A stretch of 63,996 bases of DNA, filler included, from Porpidia crustulata (Eukaryota), in the NCBI GenBank assembly GCA_964255105.1. It is 13 parts of 13 records of this genome, joined end to end, with 100 filler letters (N's around TTAATTAATTAA, not from the genome) between each part and the next. Parts side by side here need not be neighbours in the genome. Positions count along the whole stretch, not along the records: positions 34,650 to 39,482 come from CAXUWE010001986.1; positions 39,583 to 44,413 come from CAXUWE010001987.1; positions 44,514 to 49,344 come from CAXUWE010001988.1; 10 more parts are not named here. One strand, written 5' to 3'. Numbering within the stretch: position 1 is the stretch's first letter; each line of letters opens with the position of its first letter. Shown piece by piece: positions 36,908-48,818 of this stretch. The position numbers and the translations under genes are program-made. Under the pieces are notes generated by a model. The model ran no database searches and was not told the DNA's origin. It saw only the letters and a program-made list of their open reading frames with translations.

Positions 36908-37417
36908 ATGTTCTTTATCAAAAACTCTGGATTCAAGAACTTGGCTTTCGTCCAACCAGACGACATAGTCGTGAGTATCGAGGACCCAGCCAATTACACC
37001 AGGAATGGAGGTACGGCCATTGTTAAGTTCGAGGATGAGGGAACCCCACAGCCGGAAGCCACAGACCAAGTGGTCAAAAGGGAGGTGGAGGAAGCGAAGA
37101 ACAGTCCGAAGCCAAAGTCCGAACGAGTTTCAGCTGGCCGGGTGGACAAGAGGTCAGACCGCAGAGCCGTCTCCAGAAGTCTGGGCGGGAACGACGGACA
37201 GCTTCAGGATAGCCGGCCTGGAGAAAAGACAGGCATAAAACTCAAATTTGGAAAGAAGAAGGAAGTTGCCCGCCCCCAGATCATCAACTGTCGATATAGC
37301 GGCCCGGGCAATTATACCACGTACCATTACAAGGGTAAAACGTACTTTTGTCCAGAGGGAAAACGGCCATGGGTCGACAAGGCGGATTTGGAGGACTGTG
37401 TGGTGAGCCTTATCTAG
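36908..37417 (+). CDS. Hypothetical protein, probably the last exon of a spliced gene
   Basis: 169-codon ORF preceded by an intron-like segment (GTATGT about 36849, CCTAAC branch, CAG about 36903); Lys/Arg-rich middle and a three-Cys C-terminus. Confidence 0.55.
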   Translation: MFFIKNSGFKNLAFVQPDDIVVSIEDPANYTRNGGTAIVKFEDEGTPQPEATDQVVKREVEEAKNSPKPKSERVSAGRVDKRSDRRAVSRSLGGNDGQLQDSRPGEKTGIKLKFGKKKEVARPQIINCRYSGPGNYTTYHYKGKTYFCPEGKRPWVDKADLEDCVVSLI

Positions 37418-39373
37418 CGAAGAGATAGGTAGCTGGTCGTCTATGTGGAAGACTGGTCGATTGGGTTGATAGGATGATTTTGGAAGCAAGCCTCTTTTAT
37501 TGTTTTTCTTATTGTATATTGTCGTATATATTAATTAACTCTTGATACGTTGCAAGCTTACTCTCATCCGACTTACAGTAGTGCAATTAGCTCTCTGGAT
37601 GGTCAGTCCATTGAGAACCAAATTGATATGAGGTGAGGGAGAAATGGACGATCTTCCACTCGGTCGATTCAGCCTCATGCAATCTCGGAACTTAGCGCTT
37701 ACTCAAATTTAACGACCGCATATCGCGACTTCCATGTCGGCCTTTTCATCAGACAATTGGACATTCCTCACATGAATAGCTAAACATTTCAAAGATCCTA
37801 AGGTACCTGGATGTTTCGAGTGATCACATGCTGAGCGGATTCACTTTCATGGTGCGCCAGTTCGCTCGCTTCCTGGATTGATTCTAGTTGACTTCTGCAG
37901 GCTCGGCATCTTCATCAGTACTATATAGTGGATCAGTGCGTCCTGACAAAGTGCGAAATATATACAAGCTACCCCTTCATCATCGTTTCTCTGCTTTATT
38001 GATTTGTAGCAGATAATACGTAGATGATACGTACGTGAGATGGACTACGCACAGCGTTTCACTTGGTTCTTTCTTAAGCCCACGCGATCTCGAAATCCAC
38101 ATCTACAATTTCTACATCGTTTCATGCTCAACAGTCTGTTTCATCTTGCGCCCCTGCTTCTCACCTTTCGACCTCTCATCCAAGCAGCAGTTCTACCCGC
38201 CTGAGCCTTGAGCAAAGGTCATGCTACGAGTGAATGCAGTCTCATTGTCAAGGATGAGCTCTGTAATTCCGGACAGTATCAGGCACAGACTCTCGGCTCC
38301 AAGCTCCTGACCTCGATTCAAATCTATTAAAATTCCAAAAACCAAATCGGATACAACAAAATCCTAAGGACCACTGACTGCACCAAGGCTGATTGGTGTG
38401 AATAGCCAATTTCTCTAGGCTGCCATGTTTATCATGATCTTTAACTTAATACCTGGCACCACGTATACTCATGTTTATTCTCTTATTACGGCGATTCGTG
38501 ACGGCCAACAGACTCATCAAGATGTGCACGGTACTCTCTGACCTTCATTGCGGATTAGGCGGGCAGGTTTACTGCTGGCGGCGTCTACTGCAGAAGATGC
38601 TGCGGCTCATCATCAGCACCATCACCGATGACTAAGTCTTTTTCCATGTCCCTTCCCACTCCTGATTGAGATGGAAGTTGTGGTAGGCAATGCATATGGG
38701 CACGGGCGAGTTGTACACCAAGAATATTTTGGTCATATTTACTGGGAATCCTGTAATAGATAGTACTTTTAGATAATCCTAACTGCGTGAGACATAGATA
38801 CTCTACGTGTACATCATAGTCATGACCTACTTGTATATCAAATCGGGTTTCTACGTCGTGGACCTCCTAGCTTTAAATACGAGGATTGAAATGATAACAA
38901 CACCGTACTCTTCTATGTTTGTCTCGCCAGATTGAGTCCGGGATGATTCAGCATTTAAAATAATCATATAAGAATTTACATGTGAAAAGCGTGCGGTACC
39001 GTTCCGAACCGCCCGCCATGACAATTTCAGCCGTCAGCATTTCAACATGATTATGAATAAAAGTCTCTTCTCTTCCCAAAACACAAATCAATTATATATC
39101 GATACATTGAATTACTTCATTACACCCTTATAGACTATGTAAATAAGTATTGGCGACTTGGAAACCCCGAAGACCAGTAGAACCGAGACTGCTGCGACTT
39201 TTCCTTCCGATACCGAGTTCCGATACCGAGTCCCGTTGTCGATATAGAAGAATCGCATATCTAGAATAGAGAAACTGTTTGCTTGAATCTACTAATATAT
39301 TGATTATTTGAGTTACTGTCGACTACATTAGACCTGCTCAACGACGCACCCGCAGGTGGGCTTAGTTGCGCAT

Positions 39374-39437
39374 ATGACGGTCAATGGCATCACCAAGCTA
39401 GAGTTCGACTCAATAGAGGACTCCATAGCAGCCTTCA
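39374..39437 (+). CDS. RIB3: First exon of 3,4-dihydroxy-2-butanone-4-phosphate synthase (riboflavin biosynthesis); truncated
   Basis: MTVNGITKLEFDSIEDSIAAF followed by a GTACGT donor resembles the fungal Rib3 N-terminus (FD.I...I.AF); only 21 codons visible. Confidence 0.6.
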
Positions 39438-40029
39438 GTACGTCCCAACCCCCCCAGAAAACCCAAAACCTCTCCCCAAAACNNNNNNNNNNNNNNNNNN
39501 NNNNNNNNNNNNNNNNNNNNNNNNNNTTAATTAATTAANNNNNNNNNNNNNNNNNNNNNNNNNNNNNNNNNNNNNNNNNNNNGGTGTTTTCTTGGGGTCA
39601 AGTGTTGCGTATCGGGGTAGATACCACCTTACGACTAGTATTTATTTAATTCGTCCTATGCTTTCCGGGTTTCTCTCAGCTCGTTGGGCCATTTGCTGAC
39701 TGATAGAAAAACTTTCGTTCGCTGGAGAGGTTGAAGCTTGAGCTTCACCTTTTCGCTTTGGATGAATTTGATTCTAAGGGTTTGGCCGCAGGAAGATCAT
39801 TTGTGGCGGTTTAAAGAGGGATACTTTTTAGGTGGGAATTAAAATTGTTGTTGTAATTCGTTAATTTTAATATGAATCGCGCGGTGATAGAGAGATCCAT
39901 GATGCTTTAGACCGTATAGTTCTGAAATTTTATAGCGGATGGGCTGGAATCGTATCAACTTAAAACTGAGCTTGTTATAGAAGAATTTGTGTATTAGCAA
40001 CGGGATGAAATATGATCGACCCTAGAGGT

Positions 40030-40232
40030 TGACTAGGTGCAGACTTTTACAATTTTGCTCTCTTCATGCAGTTTGCACAAGCGCTCTCACGGAATCCTAC
40101 CAAAATTCTGCAGAAGACGAAGTATCCGTTGCCCTTTGTACAGTTCTCGCAGCATTTTTTGGCTTTATTGAAGCGATACTCATCCGCGCGGGATTGGTGC
40201 ATGATGATTTCTGGAACGTAGTGACGTTTCAT
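40030..40232 (-). pseudogene. DUF3716-like Cys-rich domain remnant
   Basis: CENCTKGNGYFVFCRILVGFRESACANC matches the C..C..G.G.F..C...ACANC spacing; a stop follows a few codons later, where a terminal CS is expected. Confidence 0.55.
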
Positions 40233-40835
40233 GTTCTGTATAGATCAGTATACAAGACTGAAGATTAACTGTGAGTACGAATCAATCCATTGGCCTTTTC
40301 ATTGTTTCTGAACCGTACGTTTTCTTCATTTCAAAAGATATATTTAAGTTTCAACTATACCTTAATCTTGTCCAAACTTCAAGCAGCCAAGTGATCACTT
40401 TTGTATATGTTGATCTGCACACGAGTACCATGGACTTTTCTTGCCTTAACACTTTCGAAGTCGGTCATGTTTGGTACCCGGTCGAGAGAGAATGGTCTGC
40501 AGTTGGAGATGTCTTGAAGGCTGACACTTGGCTGGTTTCATGTTGTAAAGCGTGATTTAGGAGATTGTTGTCCCAGGGAAAAAATAGTCCGGAATGCAAT
40601 CTTGCGGCAGAAAGATCAATGTCTCATAATAATGTTGAATATCCTATTTGTGCCACACCATGTGAAAAGGTAAAACCTTTCCTTTCTCCGGTTGAGGTTC
40701 TGATGACGTGAGAATGCCTTTTGAGGTGAAATGTATGAGTCTAGAAAATAGGGAAGATTATGGATCTTTCCTTCTGCGGATTCAAGAGTTGAGTGACACT
40801 TCCGAATCTCTTGGTAATGCTTTCCCTATCCTTGT

Positions 40836-41273
40836 TTAGTACTTGGTCGCTTTCGTGTTTTGAAAACCTAAGTCAACAGTTGCGAGGGCCGAAATGGTTT
40901 TGCCCATACCCATGTCATCGGCGAGGATTCCTCCACCCGGCGGAGATGTCTTCATGAACGTTAGCCAGGTCACCGCCGGGACTTGTCAGATCAACAATTT
41001 GACGCCTTCGGCGCCGTCGGCGCCGTCGGTCGCTGGACTGTGATGCTATATGTTATTGAGTGTTTGCTTTCGATCTATGCGTTCAGTCCCGATCCCGAGT
41101 AGCATAAGTCTTTCGTTGCTTAGCAATCGAATTAGTATTTCCTGAGCCAATGAGTTCTTCGCTCTTGTGGCCAATCCCTCCCTGATCTTCTCCACGGTTC
41201 GAATGTCTATGAACTCATCGTGGAAGTTCGTAACCTTGATCCTGATGATCAGAGTCTTTCCGCCGTGGGACAT
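40836..41273 (-). pseudogene. SNF2-family helicase pseudogene fragment
   Basis: One frame reads ...NNI*HHSPATDGADGAEGVKLLI*QVPAVTWLTFMKTSPPGGGILADDMGMGKTISAL...KY*: Q-motif region and motif I, interrupted by TAG (41046), TGA (40986) and TAA (40836). Confidence 0.8.
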
Positions 41274-44200
41274 TTCCTTTAAATTCGGAAAGTGGTTTGT
41301 TGATATAAGGATACACCTCCTCGAACTAGTTTTCCGTTTGCTCGTTGTTCTTTTAAGAACATCTGAAGTTAGGATAGTGATGGAATTTCTTGTGTCCAGA
41401 TTTAGACGCGGTTGTAGATGTGACTTTGCAATAGTTTAGCGATGTTTTCTTCTATATTAGTGGCCAAGATAGATGAGGGAGTCGGGGATAGATATAGAGA
41501 CACAAAATTTTCGAATCAATCAGGGCTTTATTGAGGTTCTTGATATCTTATGAAAGTCGCGTTCAATCGATGTGGACCGTTGATATGAAGTTTGTCCTTG
41601 GACTGAAAGTAGAGAGATCAATGTACGGAGCCATGGCACTAAGGACTTGATTCAATTTCTATTGTTCTTGACATCGTTTAGCGATTTGACTCCTGAAAGT
41701 TGCAAACATCTCAGCTCGTCTCTTGTAGTATCAGTGATAGTTTCTAAGCTCGTGATAGTCATCTAGTAATCGCTTCATTTCTTTGTAGAGGAACCGGACT
41801 GAATTTTTAAATCTTCGGTAATTCGTTTTTGATTCAGACAGTTCTTTGTTGTAATATATTCCCTGCGCTGAACGTTCTACCTCGGTCTTTTCATGATAAC
41901 TCCGTATTTCTTCGCCAACAGCTCAAGAAACTGGGTATGTCATGGTTGATGCTAGATATTCCCAGGGCCGCAGATGTAGATAATCTTATGTAGTATTCAG
42001 GAGCTATTTTTTTATGTCATCTTAGAATAAGCTAGAATAGGGAAAAAGACATCAATCTTTCTTTAGCAAAAACCACATTTGCTGAGCAATATCGATTATA
42101 GAATATAGAGCCGATGTGACCATCCTCGGGCTTTCCAGCGGTACGTTGGCACCAATACTCGACTTCTTCATCGTCCGCTCCACAGTCGACACATGTTTTT
42201 GGCTCATGATTACATTCGGGGAAACCGGTTTTGATTGATAGCGACTGGTTAAGAAATAATATTTCGGGAATGTGTCGCTCTGTGACATTCTCCTCGTCGA
42301 TTGACGTGGAGGGAGTAATTATCCATGGTTCCAATTCCAAGTGGAGGACGATTTCTCTGGAACGTCGAGACGAGTTTCTCGCCTGAGGCAGTCGAAATGA
42401 CCAGATATTTGATTTCTTGATATCTATCTCCAAGCACCACGAAGCTGCTCTGCATCTAGTTAATTTAATGTTGGCTGCCAGTACAGGTGCGCAAGCTGAG
42501 TTTGAGATCGATATTTATAGAACTGATTCTTCAGCTGTTTCATTACTTCAGTCTGTGAAGTAGACTCTGAAGGTGATCCCCACCTGTTGGCATACCAGCA
42601 CCCCATGGTGCTGATTTCCTTGGGTTGGTAATTTCCGGCCCTACCAGGCTAGCCTTACCCAGCTAGCCCTATCACATTCGCTTATTTAGCGCTAGTGGGA
42701 CTGCAGAGTTTTACCTCTCCAGACCCCCTTTCGTACATACCATCTGCATCAATATAAACCACATGTATGATCACCATAATAAATGCTTCATGTTGACCAA
42801 TTGCCTAATTGCTGCCACCTGATTCGCCAACACCACCGTTGTTAACAAAGTCAAAGATTTAAAAGGCTGAGGGAGCTTGTTGATGCAAGGGCAATGCAGC
42901 AGGAGCAGCCGTGGATACTTCATTCTGTGACGTGATTAACAATGTCCCTTGTAGCTCCAAGTAATTCACTTGATAATTCAATAAAGCTGAGGATATTAAC
43001 TATTGTTGTTCTTATGTTTTCGGATGAAATATAAGTCACAATAGGATCCGAGGAAGAGATTGATAAAACAAGTCGGAATCAATGTTCCTGATTGAACAGA
43101 CCCTGAGTTCTTAGCCGCTTCTAAGAGCCTTTTGTCGTTTGTCTTCCTCATTACGTCGAAGCGTTCATCTCAACATTTTCCCCATGTGCCTCCCTACCTT
43201 TGTAGCTTATTGCACTATCTCTCAAGTAGAAATTTCAGTGAAAAGCTCATGTCGTGCATCACGGCATTAGGGAAGAGGACTTGATGATTGTGTAAACTTT
43301 CAGACTAAACATAGTAATCGTAACTCAAAGACCCTCATTGTCAATGTGTTCGGAGAACAGTCGAGAGTCAGGTCTAGGGGTAACACAGAGAATATCTTGA
43401 ATTGGAAAATGATACAACCATATTAAATCTTGAGATGGTTTATGTCTATCGAAGAAACTTCACTCGAAGGAATACTCGTCGAGTAGATAGTTCAGTGCAG
43501 TTGACGTATCCAGTGGTGGTGTGAGAATGACGGTCGTTGTCCCAGTGATGGTGATAGTCGGAGAATGCTTTCTCTAAGACTGTCTCCGAGACTTAATAAA
43601 GTCTTGAAAAGGCATGAGTATCTAGAGCTGTAATTATTGACCTTTGATTTAGGAAAAGGACTCGGCTTCCTTTCGGGACCTCCTTCTTCTGTATAATATA
43701 GAAGGGAGTTCTGGAAGTAACAAGAGCAGAAACAGACCACCCAGGTTTGGTAACAAAAATGGGATCAGATGTAGAGACAAAATAAGAAGCAATACTGGCA
43801 ACGATATCAGGCACGAGTCAGGCTTGGGTCGATCGAGCCCCTTGGTGAAGTAGGGTGGGCAGGTGCTCTAGCATTTAAAGTCATGCTAAGGACTTAAGTA
43901 AATGCCTGCTTGAGGTCATCAATTTCCTTACAATGATCCTATGTAAGGATTACTGTTAGCAGCTAGTATCAAGATTGGGAGCCTTGGAGCGATTGTCACT
44001 CGTAGTATCATGATCTGAGGTTTAAAGGTTAGATACAGCGGATCTGGTCCGTTCTTCGGCTCTTCCCCGGCGCCTTCGAGTAGCTGCTCGCGAGGTATGA
44101 AAATTGGGTCAGGCCAACTGCGTATATAAATAAAAATTGGTTGATCATTTTATTAAGAGATTTGTCTGGCTTTCGCAGGGTTTGGGAAAATTATATAGAT

Positions 44201-45265
44201 TGCTTTATGTCAGGAAACTAACGTCGGGAATCGGATGAGAGCCGCTGAGCGCAGAAGGAAGCATTCTAGAATTACAATTGACCTTTCGATTATCCGATGC
44301 TCTAAGTTTCCTTAAAATTATATAAAAACATCCACAATAGCTAGACTTTACTCTCTTTCTGTGATGGGTTAGACCCATTAATTGGATTAGGTACTATGTA
44401 CCTGCATTCTCGANNNNNNNNNNNNNNNNNNNNNNNNNNNNNNNNNNNNNNNNNNNNTTAATTAATTAANNNNNNNNNNNNNNNNNNNNNNNNNNNNNNN
44501 NNNNNNNNNNNNNCCATCTCAACTCCTCACAACTCCCCAAAAGCGAAAAGAAACAATACCGAATTACCGCAGGAACTCCAATATCTCCATCGAGGCAGTT
44601 CCGGCACATGTGGCCGGTGGATTCTCCTCCGCTTCTTGCATGTTAAGTACAACACGCTCGATGCATATTACCAGATCCGAATAAAGGGGGCCATGAAGAA
44701 CTTAGACGGGCTTTGAAATTATGTGTGTATAACGCGTATAATTGTCCAAGCTGGTTGATTCCCTCGAAAGCATAGGCAGCACCACTGCGCATCGTCTGTG
44801 ACTCGGCTTGATACGTGGCCCTCTTGTTGTTAGTTTTTCTTCTTTTATTTTGATAATGGGTATTTGGAGGTGAGGGAAGGTGTTGGAGCGCTTTTCTGAT
44901 GGGTCTGGATATGATGCCTGATATTATCATGCTGGCCGAAGGTCCTAATGATATTGAAGTCTCGCGCACCCTATTGTAAATACCATCAGGCTTTTCTTGA
45001 TCATTGAGGTGCTCGTCGAGAGGCTCTCTCACATGCTCCGGAGACGCTTTGACTTTCATACCGTCCACTCAAGGACGTGTTAACAAGGATAGTGTCAGCC
45101 CTACTGGGCGCCGCTAGGCCTGCCGCTGCCGCATTAAGAATGCGCGAATGACCGAGATTGTTTCATCAAACAGGTTATATCCACCCGATATTGAAGCACC
45201 TAGCCGAAGCTTCAAAGGATTCTACCTCTGTTCGAGGTGGAAGCGTTGAACATGCTAATGCCAGG

Positions 45266-48200
45266 ATGATTTCTGCTGCGAACGGGGGCGGTGTACCCCC
45301 AAGGACCCGTCGCCCATGTAGACCAATCGTAAGTCGCTCGGGTACGTCGTGGTGCCTTTTTCGGAAAGAAAAGTACGGCTCACAAAGTTCACTGCAGCTC
45401 CGTGAGGCGACTCTGATCTTACCCCGAACCGGAGAGCGTGTCAAAAGAGCAGTGACCTTCGGAAACCCTTTAGGCCTTGAGGGTGCCAATGATAATGTCT
45501 CATCCGAAGAGCATACCCCTTTGCTTGGCTGGCGGAGCTCAAGATATCCAGAGTCGCGGAAACTGTGGAGACTCAAGGACACGTTGACGAGGTTTCGAAA
45601 GCAGGCATGGTCGTTTGCAAATTCCAAAACTGGACGTGGTATTCTGAAGTGCAGTCTAGCATATCTCCTTGGAAGTCTGGCGACCTTTTTGCCTTTAATT
45701 GCAGCATTCTTGGGGCAGCAAGATGGCAAACATATGGTAGCAACAATTACTGTATACTTCCATCCCGCGAGGTCAAGAGGAAGCATGTTTGAGGCCATCT
45801 TACTCGCCGGCCTTGCCTTTCTCTACGCAGTAATAATCTGCTTCACTAGCATGGGTGTTTCAATCTTCTTTGGTCGAACTTTGGATATGATAGTGCTGGG
45901 CCACGTCATCGTACTTATAATCTTTTGCGGTGGAGGGCTTGGCTTTGTCGGCTGGACGAAGCAGCGACTGGGTAATCCTCTTGTAAACGTTGCTTGCTCG
46001 TTGACCAGTCTCGCAATTATAACTGTAGTGACAAAGGAAGGAGCAGTTCAGGCTGCGGTATTTTCGAACGAGAAAATCGGGATGGTTCTCAAAATGATAA
46101 TATTAGGATGTGCTGCGTCAACAGCCGTGTCTTTTCTCATATCTCCTGTCTCAGCCAGGACAGAATTGCGAAACGACTTGATTCAAGTCACGGACCTGTT
46201 TGCGGATATGCTCACAATGATTACTCGAAGTTTCCTGACGGGATCTGAAGCAGAACTTCATCAGAAGCAATTCTTGGATGCTTCCAACCAGTACAAGGCC
46301 GTGTTTGTTTCGATGATCAAAAACTTGAGGGAAGCTCAATTTGAGCACTACGTTGTTGGTACGGAGCGCGAATATAGCATCGAAGCCAGACTTGTCAATT
46401 GTATGCAGCAATTGGCACAGAACATGGGCGGTTTACGTAGCGCGGCATCTACCCAATTTCTCCTCTTAGCACAGCCAACGACGCTCGAGGGGCAATCGCC
46501 ATCACTTCACTTGAGTCCCTCTTTTTCGACCATGGCGGATGGCCTTAGGTCGCCCTCAGAAGCGTACGGGGTGTTGACCGCGATTGACGAATCACTAGAG
46601 GACGACGGCGACTGTTTAGAGAGCCCGAATAGAAAGAGCTGGCTGTCAGCAGGCGACGAAAGCTATTTGCCTTCGGCGAACTCTCCAGCTGGTATATTTT
46701 CCAGGTTCATTATACATCTGGGCCCTTCGATGGTAAGAGAGATTATCTCCGGTATAATGTGGCGGTTCTATTGCGACTAAATTGATCAACAGAAATCGCT
46801 CGCAGTCACATTGAAACAAATTTTGGACGAGCTTCCGTATGGGCCAGGCCCAGAATATTGCATTGCTCCTAACACCCAGCTACGGGCCAGTCTTGTCGAA
46901 GCCATCGCACTATACGCTAAGTCTAGGGAGGAAGCTTTGGCACTGCTGTACAAGAACAAAGAGCTTAATCAAGCACGTCCGGTCGAGGTAGAAGCAGATT
47001 ATGAAGAGGTTGCTGCCAGCTGTGGTCACTTCAGTTTCTCCCTTCAGTATTTTGCCAATGAGATGAAGGCTTATCTTGACATTCTCGATGATTTGAAGCT
47101 AGAGATCGATGAAAGACCCGGAGGAAAGACCTGGGGCTGGCTAAAGATATGGCGTAGTAATCGAGGCGCCAGCAACTCTGACTGTGGGATAGACCCTGGT
47201 AAGTTTCCAACCCCCTTCCACGATTTCTTCCCCCAGACCCTAAACGTCCGCAGAACAAGAGAATCCTCTAAACCGCAATGTCGATAGCGGCAACCCCGTC
47301 AACGTGCCCATCCCGAGCGGGAGGACGACTTCAACGACCTTTGGGTTTGAAAGTCATACCCGAAATGCATCCCATAGCTATCGGGTATGGAAGGCTATAG
47401 GCTTCCTACGCAGAGATGACACCAAATTCGCGATAAAAGTTGGTGTAGGGGCTGCACTGTACGCTCTCCCTTCGTTTCTCGTATCAACTCGTCCCATATA
47501 CCAGCACTTCCGCGGTGAATGGGGCCTTTTGTCTTATATGTTGGTGTGCTCCATGACCATCGGTGCGTCAAATACAACAAGCTACGCCCGGTTTTTCGGC
47601 ACTTGCGTAGGTGCAGTCTGCGCAATTTGTGCTTGGCTTGCATCGCGAGGCAACGTGTTTGCATTGGCGGCCTTCGGTTGGCTTATGTCACTATGGACAT
47701 CTTATATCATTGTGGCACAAGGAAAGGGGCCCATGGGTCGTTTCATCATGCTCACATACAATCTCTCCGCCCTCTATGCCTATTCGCTGTCTGTCAAAGA
47801 CATGGATGACGACGACGACGAGGGTGGAGTTACACCAGATATTGTGGATATAGCGTTCCATCGCGTAGTTGCGGTACTCTCAGGGTATGTATCCTGGTAC
47901 CTGTCTATTCTCCGTTTCCAAAACGCTGACTTATATGGACTTAGCTGTCTCTGGGGGCTTGTCGTAACTCGATTAATCTGGCCCATTAGTGCCAGGCAAA
48001 AATTCAAAGACGGCCTTAGTCTACTATGGCTGCGCATGGGTCTTACGTGGAAGCGCGACCCTCTTGCCATGTTTCTGGAAGGAGACTCACCCAATGCTTA
48101 CATGGATCTCCGGGAAGAGTTTGCGCTCCATGGCTTCCTGGCTCGATTGGAAGGCCTGCGCAATTCGGCATCCTCAGAAATGGACCTTCGCGGGCCCTTT

Positions 48201-48818
48201 CCTGACGAGGCATATGGAAGAATACTCAAGAGTACAAGCAGCATGCTAGACGCCTTCCACGCAATGAACGTTGTGATCATGAAGGATCTTACGGCATCGA
48301 AGGGAGAAGCCGAACTTTTGCAGTTTACTGTAAAAGAGAGATCTCAGTTGTGTTCGAGGATAAGCCACCTATTTCAAGGTAATTTGGAACCCGAATGCCT
48401 GTCGATATCAGTTATTCATTTCGAATCACCCAGCACAGACTCGCTACTCTAAGAGATAATATGGTGCTAATCCCACGCATCTAGTCATGGCATCATCAAT
48501 GAAACTCGAATTTCCCCTAAACGACGCTCTTCCAAACACAGACCACGCGCGCGATCGGCTGCTAGCCAAGATCTTCCGCTTCCACCACATGGGAGACATC
48601 GCCAAAGACACCAAGGACGACGACTACGCTCTGTTATACGCTTACGGTGAGCGAAAACCTTTCCGCTCCCGAAACGCCCAAAGAATTTTCATGCTGATTT
48701 ATTCCGGATTTTCACAGCATTGATCACAGGGCAACTCTCCAAGGAAATCAGCGACGTCGGCAGGGAAATCGAAAAGTTGTTCGGTGTGCTCAATGAGGAT
48801 CTGCTTAAGCTGCAGTGA
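45266..48818 (+). CDS. Multi-pass membrane protein, aromatic acid exporter / FUSC-like family (about 7 exons)
   Basis: GILKCSLAYLLGSLATF, HMVATITVYFHPARSRGSM, FAIKVGVGAALY, RGEWGLLSYM, RFFGTCVGA, RLIWPISAR, ASSMKLEFPL, LLYAY. Confidence 0.85.

Noticed and set aside
9917..44413. Apparent genome-defence cluster (Dicer, TEL2, SNF2 relic) and co-location of copper genes or nucleoporins
   Set aside because: The genes are on different contigs, adjacent only because of length sorting.
44643..45068. 141-aa minus-strand ORF upstream of the FUSC-like gene
   Set aside because: GTG start, no motifs or splice support; lies in probable promoter DNA.
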